Shown here piece after piece: positions 19,618-26,444 of a stretch of 64,000 nucleotides of DNA. A model generated the notes under the pieces. That model was not told the origin of the DNA, made no database searches, and saw nothing but the letters and a program-made list of their open reading frames with translations. This DNA is from an uncultured Clostridia bacterium (GTDB taxonomy: Bacteria > Bacillota > Clostridia > Christensenellales > UBA1242). Position 1 is the stretch's first letter, and the number at the start of each line of letters is the position of its first letter. The DNA lies in the NCBI GenBank assembly GCA_937992055.1, contig CALKLQ010000041.1, positions 23,962 through 87,961 on the forward strand, given 5' to 3'. The position numbers were made by a program, and so were the translations under genes.

Positions 19618-20085
19618 ATGATACTTAAATTTGAAAGTTTAGAAGAATTAAATAACTACTATTATGACCAACTTAACACCCTCGCCTTTAATTCTCAAAA
19701 TTTTAATAATGCTATCACTTCAATGTTCGAGAAAAACATTTTAAAAGCTTACAAGGCTTCATTTTTGGAACTGACCGCAGACGATAACTTTATCTCAAAA
19801 TATAATTTGAAAAAAGTTAAATACCTACGCAAGCAATTCATTTTAAAATACAAGCTCGAAAAGAAAAAGTTTAAAGCAATATTAAAATTAAGCTCCAAGA
19901 AAGAAAAACGTAAATTAAGAGCATTTATTAAACAGTCTAAAAAACAGGCAAAACAAAAACTTAAAGTAGAGCGAAAAGAAAAACGTCAAATCTTCTTTTC
20001 AAACCTCAAACAAAAACGCAAAGCTCGTTGGGCTAAGTTTATTCAAATCTTTAAAAGGAAAAAACATGAGAAAAAAACAAAATAA
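19618..20085 (+). CDS. hypothetical Lys/Arg-rich protein (155 aa)
   Basis: The C-terminal 90 aa are mostly K/R (KKKFKAILKLSSKKEKRKLRAFIKQSKKQAKQKLKVERKEKRQ...). Confidence 0.55.
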   Translation: MILKFESLEELNNYYYDQLNTLAFNSQNFNNAITSMFEKNILKAYKASFLELTADDNFISKYNLKKVKYLRKQFILKYKLEKKKFKAILKLSSKKEKRKLRAFIKQSKKQAKQKLKVERKEKRQIFFSNLKQKRKARWAKFIQIFKRKKHEKKTK

Positions 20086-20413
20086 AAAACGATTTGCTAA
20101 AAATGAATTTCGTTATAATTATTATACTAAACATGAAAATTTTATTTTTGAAGAAGATGGTGATAATTTTCATTCTTTGGGGTTGACCCATAATAAGCAA
20201 ACAAAAGATAAAAATAAAAAATGGCATAAGAATATGCCATTAAATAAAAACCCTCAAAAGAATAAAACTGAAACATCTTATTTAAGATATGGAGTTATAA
20301 CTCAAAATAAAAAAACTTTTTCAAATAAACCTGATAAGCGCTTTGTTTTTGATGATAGTGATAAAGCAAGTGTAAAGTCAAAAATTAGAAATTATAAAAA
20401 AAAGAGAAAATAA
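20066..20413 (+). CDS. hypothetical Lys-rich protein (115 aa)
   Basis: Overlaps the previous gene by 20 nt. Basic at both termini. Confidence 0.5.
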   Translation: MRKKQNKKRFAKNEFRYNYYTKHENFIFEEDGDNFHSLGLTHNKQTKDKNKKWHKNMPLNKNPQKNKTETSYLRYGVITQNKKTFSNKPDKRFVFDDSDKASVKSKIRNYKKKRK

Positions 20414-20417
20414 AAAA

Positions 20418-20474
20418 ACAAATACTTTTCTGCTTGGGTTACCCCATAGAAGCATAGCTTCTTTAAGTATTTGT
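20418..20474 (+). other. two-tier stem-loop between the structural block and rep
   Basis: ACAAATACTT (20418-20427) pairs with AAGTATTTGT (20465-20474) and encloses the hairpin AGAAGC-ATA-GCTTCT (20448-20462). Confidence 0.5.
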
Positions 20475-20538
20475 TGTAATTATTATATTCTATTTAACTA
20501 AAATTTGTCAACATTTTTTTATAAAAAAAGGAAAAGTG

Positions 20539-21507
20539 ATGAAATACATAGATTTTCTTTTAAAAAAGAGATATTCAAGAAACGTTGTTATTCCTGCTTT
20601 AAAGAAGTTGGGTTTTGAAAATAAAGCCCAAAAACTTGAAGAATGTGGGAATTTTAAACGTTTAGCTGTTTGTAAAAAATGCGGTTGTATTCATTATAAC
20701 GGTGCAAATTCATGCAAAGACCGCTTTTGTCCTGTCTGCCAAAAGAAAAGAGCTTTACTTTGGATATTAAAAGTCTACCCTATTTTTGAAGATTTAATAA
20801 GCCGGGGGTATATAGTCAATTTCATAACTTTGACAGTTCCAGACGGTGACAATTTAAAAGAACGCTTGAATATTTTAAATAATTCTTTTAGATACATGCT
20901 TCATGAAAATTCAAAATCAAGATATTCTTTTAACAATATATATTTGGGTGGAATTCGTTCGCTAGAAGTTAAAAAAGGCAGATTCTCTAATCTTTGGCAT
21001 CCCCACCTTCATATGCTTGTCGTAAAAAAAATAAAGACAGATTTTAGAGAAGATAGAAAACTTTTAACTGAAGCTTGGGCAAATGCCTTAACAAAAACAA
21101 CTGGTATTTATCATTCACCGCAAAAGGTAATTATAGACATTAAAAGTTTGTATCTTGTAGACAAAATAACGGGTCAAAAAAAATACTCTAAATTTGCTAT
21201 TCTAAAGGCTTGTTTGGAAGTCTTTAAATATTTAGTGAAATCAAATTTTGAAGAACTAGCATGTAAAGAACTTATAAAAACCATGTCTAGTATTCGCGGA
21301 ATTAACCCTTGGGGAAACGTCCGCTATCTTCTCCACGACAAAAATATTGAATTAACTATTGAACATGAATTAGACATGTCAGAAAATGAACTAAGTGATA
21401 AAGTCTGTGCAATATGCGGAAACGATGATTTTATTCAAATTAAAAATGTTGGCGTGTATGGTCAAAAAATTTATGATTTAAAAAATAAAAAAACGGAGGT
21501 AAACTGA
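20539..21507 (+). CDS. rep: rolling-circle replication initiator, pC194/Rep_1 (HUH) family
   Basis: Cys cluster CKKCGCIHYNGANSCKDRFCPVCQKKRALLW, HUH motif WHPHLHMLVV and catalytic Tyr motif LEVFKYLVKS. The ATG at 20539 lies one codon inside the track GTG start. Confidence 0.88.
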   Translation: MKYIDFLLKKRYSRNVVIPALKKLGFENKAQKLEECGNFKRLAVCKKCGCIHYNGANSCKDRFCPVCQKKRALLWILKVYPIFEDLISRGYIVNFITLTVPDGDNLKERLNILNNSFRYMLHENSKSRYSFNNIYLGGIRSLEVKKGRFSNLWHPHLHMLVVKKIKTDFREDRKLLTEAWANALTKTTGIYHSPQKVIIDIKSLYLVDKITGQKKYSKFAILKACLEVFKYLVKSNFEELACKELIKTMSSIRGINPWGNVRYLLHDKNIELTIEHELDMSENELSDKVCAICGNDDFIQIKNVGVYGQKIYDLKNKKTEVN

Positions 21508-21508
21508 A

Positions 21509-21874
21509 ATGGCAAAATATATTGAACAATATAAAGCGGAAATTCAAGCATATGAGAGTGCTAAAATAAAAGCTGAAAATGCGGTTTTTAAATATGCGGT
21601 AATTACCCGCATGCTTTTTAATCGTTTGAAATTTATGGTGTCAAAAATCGATGATTGCAAATCTACCCTATTTTTAAAAATTAAAGAAAGTGGTTTGTAT
21701 GAAAACTTTGATGATGAAATAAATGATGTAATTTTTAGAATAGATTATTTGAGAGAAACTTTAAAAGGTGTAATTGATTCGGAAATAGGAAAAGACATAA
21801 TAAAATTAATAGATACTCCTGCCTTTAATCATAAGATAAATAAATTAAAGGAGATTATAGATAATGAAGTCTGA
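21509..21874 (+). CDS. hypothetical protein (121 aa)
   Basis: Starts 1 nt after the rep stop. Helical-looking, no family recognised. Confidence 0.5.
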   Translation: MAKYIEQYKAEIQAYESAKIKAENAVFKYAVITRMLFNRLKFMVSKIDDCKSTLFLKIKESGLYENFDDEINDVIFRIDYLRETLKGVIDSEIGKDIIKLIDTPAFNHKINKLKEIIDNEV

Positions 21875-22718
21875 ACAAGATTCTATAACTAGAAACACCC
21901 TTATAACTTTATTTAATTCTTTTGATGAGGATATCTCTTCAGAAGAAACAATTTCTTCTTTTGAAGAAGAGAAAAAACGTGTACAAGGTTGTCTTCGAAT
22001 GATACAATCAAATTTTGTTCGTCTTGGTTGGCATTTGAAGAAACTAAAAGAGGAATTTAAAGATAATATAACAAAAACATATTTTGAAGCTAGAGGTCAT
22101 TATTGTCGTAACATCTACGATTTTGCCCAACAAGAATTTAATTTGAGCAAATCTTCTGTTAAGAGATTAATTGCAATTGTAGATAAATTTTGTTTAAAAA
22201 ATGATATTGAACTAGTAGAATTAAAAGAAGAATTTAAGCCTTATTCATATTCTCAACTTTCTGAGATGTTGCCACTAAATAATGAACAGCTTTCAAAGGT
22301 TAATTCTGCTATGTCAAAAAGAGAAATAAGAGCTTTAGGGAAAAGTGGCCCGCCGGCGGGCCAAAAAATACAAAGTGAGGAAAATAGCGGTATTCAGCGA
22401 TTTTACAAGTTAAAAAATAAGGATATTCGCTTAAATTTTTTAAAAAACTATCGCAAATGGACCTTAAAAGCAAAGGTTGAAAATCTAAGCTTATACATCT
22501 ATTCTTGCCCACTTTCAAATGGAGATTTAATGTTAATGTTTGAAACAAGATATTTTAATTCAAGTTATGGTAAGGAAGCAGTTTCAAAACTTTTAACTTT
22601 CCAGCGAAAGCAAGATAACTGTATATGCTTGTTTGACACATCTCAAAGTGATTTTTTGCAAAAAATGATAAATCTAGACGTAGGCATTGACCCTGACGTT
22701 GTTTTATCTGATGACTAA
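21864..22718 (+). CDS. hypothetical protein (284 aa)
   Basis: Overlaps the upstream gene by 11 nt. Contains the GC palindrome at 22347-22362. No family recognised. Confidence 0.55.
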   Translation: MKSEQDSITRNTLITLFNSFDEDISSEETISSFEEEKKRVQGCLRMIQSNFVRLGWHLKKLKEEFKDNITKTYFEARGHYCRNIYDFAQQEFNLSKSSVKRLIAIVDKFCLKNDIELVELKEEFKPYSYSQLSEMLPLNNEQLSKVNSAMSKREIRALGKSGPPAGQKIQSEENSGIQRFYKLKNKDIRLNFLKNYRKWTLKAKVENLSLYIYSCPLSNGDLMLMFETRYFNSSYGKEAVSKLLTFQRKQDNCICLFDTSQSDFLQKMINLDVGIDPDVVLSDD

Positions 22719-22727
22719 TAATAAAAA

Positions 22728-22758
22728 CTCATGCAAAAACTTGTATGAGGCTTTTTTT
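22728..22758 (+). terminator. rho-independent terminator of the long operon
   Basis: CTCATGCAA-AAAC-TTGTATGAG (9-bp stem with one G.U) followed by GCTTTTTTT. Confidence 0.75.
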
Positions 22759-22874
22759 AATCGCATAACCTCTCCCCTGGGGTTTCGCAAATATTTTTCT
22801 TTATTAGCCCAAAAAGCATGCAAACAAATGAGAACACAGTCAAATGGACTTCGAAGGCGTGTTCGGGCTTATCT

Positions 22875-23105
22875 CGGCAAACATTAAAAAGCGCGGAGTT
22901 TGAGGTGCGAAACCTCAAGAGGGAATAAGTTTTTCTCGGTAAAACTACTCAAAGCTAAAATGAGCAAATTTGCTTATTCGTGAATGTTTGCCGCTGATTA
23001 ATTAATAACGGCGCTAGCCTATTTAGAAAAAAAAGAAAAGCAGGAGAAACGGGAAAGCTTTGCGCCGTTTCCCTGCTTTTCTCCTATTGGGTTTGCTTGC
23101 AAACC
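22875..23105 (+). other. G+C-enriched multi-hairpin non-coding region (single-strand-origin-like)
   Basis: 11-bp long-range pairing CGGCAAACATT (22875-22885) / AATGTTTGCCG (22983-22993) encloses the hairpin TTGAGGT/ACCTCAA. An ~18-bp hairpin spans 23034-23052 / 23065-23082. A GGGTTTGC/GCAAACCC hairpin spans 23088-23105. Confidence 0.4.
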
Positions 23106-23510
23106 CTTTTAACTTGATACTATAGAAACAAATGGGGCAAAAATATTGAAAATTGACCATTTTTTAAAACCTGCAAATCGCTACAACCCGCAAAAAATAA
23201 GGCATTGAGGCACTTTTAAAGAAAATCAAAAAATGAAATTTTTACATCAGTGTAGTGCAAACCCGCTGAAAATAAGGGATTGAGGCCCCTCAAACCTCAA
23301 AAAAATCACTCGTCACGAGATAAAATCACTCGCCTCAAGTGATTTTTTGGTCTATTTTTACCTATCCCAAAATGGCTGAAAGCCTTATATTTTCTAGCAA
23401 AAACGCACTTCCGCAATTCTCAAAATCACAAAAATTCAATTTTTGTTGATTTTTGTTAATTTTCTGTAAAAACCAACCTTTTGATAGTTTATGTTTAAAT
23501 TTGACTATAA

Positions 23511-23562
23511 AAATACAATATATGGTATAACTTGATATATATAAATACTATATATTGTATTT
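23511..23562 (+). promoter_or_regulatory. candidate double-strand origin (dso): hairpin with CTTGATA nick motif in the loop
   Basis: 17-bp stem 23511-23527 / 23546-23562 (one G.T). The 18-nt loop TAACTTGATATATATAAA carries AACTTGATA, the pC194/phiX174-type nick sequence. A second AACTTGATA lies at 23111-23119. Confidence 0.6.
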
Positions 23563-23769
23563 ATTAAGCTTTTATACCAAGTTTAAAACTATTTTCCATA
23601 ATATTAATAAAATAAAAAGGCTAAGTCATTGACCTAGCCTTTAAAGTATCAATAGCCTAATGACGATGCTAACACATAGCATTTACCTAGATAATGGCGT
23701 TTATATTAGGACTTACTTTGATACTCAATATTATCATATGCAAAAATCTTTGTCAATATAATTATATTT

Positions 23770-23789
23770 CAAGGGTCAAACAAGGGTCA
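23770..23789 (+). repeat. AAGGGTCA tandem motif (candidate integrase arm-type site), attR side
   Basis: CAAGGGTCAAACAAGGGTCA, identical to 11305-11324. Confidence 0.55.
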
Positions 23790-23826
23790 GGACTCTCAAT
23801 GCCTTATAAATAAAGGTATAAATTTC

Positions 23827-23873
23827 GACTCTTAATCAGTGGGTCCGGGGTTCGAGTCCCCGACAGCCCACCA
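23827..23873 (+). pseudogene. 3' half of tRNA-Lys(CUU), copy 1; attR of the 12.8 kb element
   Basis: GACTCTTAATCAGTGGGTCCGGGGTTCGAGTCCCCGACAGCCCACCA. Completes the 5' half at 11027-11065. Confidence 0.9.
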
Positions 23874-23876
23874 CTC

Positions 23877-23902
23877 AAACCCTTATTTTATAAGGGTTTT
23901 TT
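23877..23902 (+). terminator. terminator after tRNA 3' half copy 1
   Basis: AAACCCTTA-TTTTA-TAAGGGTTT plus a T run. Same stem as the terminator at 11166-11192, with the loop inverted. Confidence 0.7.
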
Positions 23903-24135
23903 ATAACATAAAACTGAACATATAAAATGCCCAGCATGTTAAATATAATTTTTTCTTCTTTTAAATAGTTTTAATACAACTAAATAGATTGTTTATTAAC
24001 GGGAATTAAATTTTTCCCTCTACTTATATAGGGAGTAGTAATACACTAAACCTAGTTTTAGTTAGATATTTAAGGGAGTGTAGAGATTTGTAAGAACAAA
24101 TTTTTATTTGAAATTTAATAGTTTTATAATTTTAT

Positions 24136-24162
24136 ATAAAAAAACCTGCAATTTTGCAGGTT
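24136..24162 (-). terminator. rho-independent terminator for 24192..24716
   Basis: Minus strand reads AACCTGCA-AAAT-TGCAGGTT followed by TTTTTTT. Confidence 0.7.
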
Positions 24163-24191
24163 AATTTTTATTAAATTGAAGGTTCATCATC

Positions 24192-24716
24192 TTATCTTGA
24201 CATTCCATCTAAAATTTCGTCTTCTTTTTGTTTTTGAGTTATGTAGCTTTTATCATTAAAAATTTTTTCAAAATCTTTTAACTGTTTTATTGATACTTTA
24301 TTTTTGTCACCAATTAGTTTTTTTACAATATTATTTTTTATAATAAGATTATCAATAAACCAAAAACCCGAAATAAATTCTTCTAAAGTTTTCGCTTCAT
24401 AATTATCTATTCTAGTTTTTGCGAGTGCATAATCGTAGTAACCGTTCCAACCATTAGCGTCATAGCTATAATCATTTTTAGCAAGTTCTTCTTCTTCATC
24501 TTCTTTTGTTACTGCATTAGTAGTTATAGTGTTATTAGAAACATAATATGCTTTTCTTGGTTTATTAGGACTTACAATTGCAATATTATATTGTAATATG
24601 TCCATCATTTCCTCATCACCATCTCTATCAATGACAGGTTCTTCTCCAACTTTTGTTAGAACAACATAAACATTATCTAAATTTACTAATGTTTCATCAT
24701 TAAATTTATTTACCAT
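24192..24716 (-). CDS. hypothetical acidic protein (174 aa)
   Basis: The ATG at 24716 follows AAGGAG, whereas the track start at 24737 is upstream of that RBS. No family recognised. Confidence 0.55.
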   Translation of the reverse strand: MVNKFNDETLVNLDNVYVVLTKVGEEPVIDRDGDEEMMDILQYNIAIVSPNKPRKAYYVSNNTITTNAVTKEDEEEELAKNDYSYDANGWNGYYDYALAKTRIDNYEAKTLEEFISGFWFIDNLIIKNNIVKKLIGDKNKVSIKQLKDFEKIFNDKSYITQKQKEDEILDGMSR

Positions 24717-24950
24717 ATTAATACTCCTTATTAACAATAATATAACATTTAAACTTCGTCATGTCAATAGGGGTGAAAGATTAATTTTATTATATGCACT
24801 TAATCTTTCCTAATAAAAACAAAATTTTCTAATAATACTAAGAAAACTTGAACGATTTTTATACTATATAACACGAGTTTTGTGAGTGATATAAGAGGTT
24901 TTAAGGGCTTTGATAACACGAAAAACACTATCAAAAACTTTTATTTTGCT

Positions 24951-24995
24951 TCTCTTAATCAGTGGGTCCGGGGTTCGAGTCCCCGACAGCCCACC
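24951..24995 (+). pseudogene. 3' half of tRNA-Lys(CUU), copy 2 (orphan)
   Basis: CTCTTAATCAGTGGGTCCGGGGTTCGAGTCCCCGACAGCCCACCA, identical to 23829-23873. Followed by its own terminator AAACTAGG-TAAT-CCTAGTTTTTTT. Confidence 0.9.
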
Positions 24996-25079
24996 ACAAA
25001 ACTAGGTAATCCTAGTTTTTTTAATATAAAAAAAGCCCATAAGAGCTTTTTATTTAATTTATGTTTTAAAAATTTAATG

Positions 25080-26384
25080 TTACTTTAAAATATTTAGCAT
25101 TTCTTCAAATGTAACTTGGCTTTGTTTGAAAGCATTTAAATCTTTTAAAGTGAAATAACTATTTTTCACCTCATCTTCACCTATTATCACTGCATAATCA
25201 GCATTTGCTTTTGTTGCATATAAAATTTTGTTTTTAAATTTGGTATCTTCAAAATAAACAACGTTGTTGATATTGTTATTTCTAAGCTTATTACTAAGAG
25301 AAATACACTCGTTGATTGTATCACCCATAGGAAGAATAACCACTTTTGCAATGGCACCCTTTTCCTGCTTTAAAAGATTATTTTCTTTCAATTGATAGAA
25401 AAGCCTTGTAAGACCTATAGACATTCCAACACCTGGTAATTTTTCTTTAGTGTAATAACCAGCTAAATTTTCAAATCTTCCTCCGCTACAAACACTACCC
25501 AAATTTTCATAACCAGTAATAAATGTTTCATAAACTGTACCAGTGTAATAGTCAAGTCCGCGAGCAATTGAAAGGTTGATATTAAAATAATCTTCTTCAA
25601 CACCAAATGCACGCATATTTTTTACAACATGCTCCAGTTCTTCAACACCTTCAATAAAATCACTATTTTCTATATTGAAATTTTTAAGCTTTTCAAGTTG
25701 TTGATCTGCACTGCCTTCAATTTTAATAAACTTAAGTAATTTATCTATGATATCATCCTCAATTTTATAATCCAATTTCAATGTCAGAACAAAATTTTCC
25801 TCGCCTATTTTAGCAAATTTATCTATCAATCTTAAAATATCAACAGAGATTTCTTTTAGTCCCAAATTTTCAATTAGACCTAACAAAATCTTTCTATTAC
25901 TAACAAAAATAGTGAATTTTCCAAGATTTAATTCTTTGAATATTCTATACATAATACTTGGGATTTCAGCATCATAATAAAGGCTAAGCGAGTTTTTGCC
26001 TATGACATCTATATCACATTGATAAAATTCTCTGAATCTTCCCTTTTGAGGCTTTTCTCCACGATAAACTTTTCCAATTTGATATCTTGCAAAAGGGAAA
26101 TTGAGTGAATCAAAATTTGCAGCAACAAACTTTGCTAGTGGCACTGTAAGATCAAAGCGCATGCAAATGTTACTGTCGCCCTTAGTAAAATTATATATTT
26201 GTTTTTCGGTTTCTCCACCAGCTTTTGCAAGAAGCACCTCACTACTTTCAAGAACTGGAGTATCCAAAGGCAAAAATCCGTAGCTTTCATAATTTTTTCT
26301 AATTATATCTTTGATTTTATTAAACAAAATTTGGTCTTCTGGCAAAAGTTCCATAAAGCCTGGAAGAGTTTTAGGTTCTATCAT
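25080..26384 (-). CDS. hisS: histidine--tRNA ligase
   Basis: 434 aa. Class II motifs: KQIYNFTKGDSNICMRFDLTVPLAKF, YQIGKVYRGEKPQKGRFREFYQCDIDVIG and GGRFENL. Confidence 0.85.
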   Translation of the reverse strand: MIEPKTLPGFMELLPEDQILFNKIKDIIRKNYESYGFLPLDTPVLESSEVLLAKAGGETEKQIYNFTKGDSNICMRFDLTVPLAKFVAANFDSLNFPFARYQIGKVYRGEKPQKGRFREFYQCDIDVIGKNSLSLYYDAEIPSIMYRIFKELNLGKFTIFVSNRKILLGLIENLGLKEISVDILRLIDKFAKIGEENFVLTLKLDYKIEDDIIDKLLKFIKIEGSADQQLEKLKNFNIENSDFIEGVEELEHVVKNMRAFGVEEDYFNINLSIARGLDYYTGTVYETFITGYENLGSVCSGGRFENLAGYYTKEKLPGVGMSIGLTRLFYQLKENNLLKQEKGAIAKVVILPMGDTINECISLSNKLRNNNINNVVYFEDTKFKNKILYATKANADYAVIIGEDEVKNSYFTLKDLNAFKQSQVTFEEMLNILK

Positions 26385-26444
26385 TTTTATACAATCTCCT
26401 ATTATTTATTTTAAATATATTTTATTATTTTGTCAAACTTACAA

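Larger units (their letters stand above)
11066..23836. mobile_element. integrated ~12.8 kb element (tyrosine integrase + RCR Rep + Zot-like ATPase); candidate ssDNA (inovirus/plectrovirus-like) prophage
   Basis: Bounded by the direct repeat GACTCTTAAT (11056-11065 and 23827-23836) that splits a tRNA-Lys gene. Integrase lies next to attL. Rep_1-type HUH/Tyr motifs, Zot-like NTPase motifs and a long non-coding ori-like region are present. No terminase, portal, tail or conjugation genes seen. Confidence 0.8.
23874..24950. mobile_element. ~1.1 kb segment between two identical tRNA-Lys 3' halves; probable remnant of an older integrated element
   Basis: Flanked by the 45-bp identical direct repeats 23829-23873 and 24951-24995. 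One orphan ORF and no integrase. Confidence 0.5.

Noticed and set aside
22687-22887. 66-aa + strand ORF at the end of the operon
   Set aside because: It has a TTG start inside the upstream gene and runs straight through a strong rho-independent terminator into the hairpin-rich non-coding region.
22706-22920. Possible second hammerhead (CTGATGAC at 22706-22713 and CGAAAC at 22908-22913)
   Set aside because: Position 10.1 would be C rather than G. The two halves are about 200 nt apart, and no convincing stems I or III or UH cleavage triplet can be drawn. CGAAAC is already used in a simple TTGAGGT/ACCTCAA hairpin.
24882-25088. 68-aa + strand ORF
   Set aside because: It has a GTG start and spans the orphan tRNA-Lys 3' half and its terminator. 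It is an artefact.
26385-26444. T-box leaders upstream of hisS and argS (also 34906-35141)
   Set aside because: The hisS upstream gap is only 60 nt. The argS upstream region is AT-rich, holds only the neighbouring gene's terminator hairpin, and shows no specifier/T-box conserved sequence.
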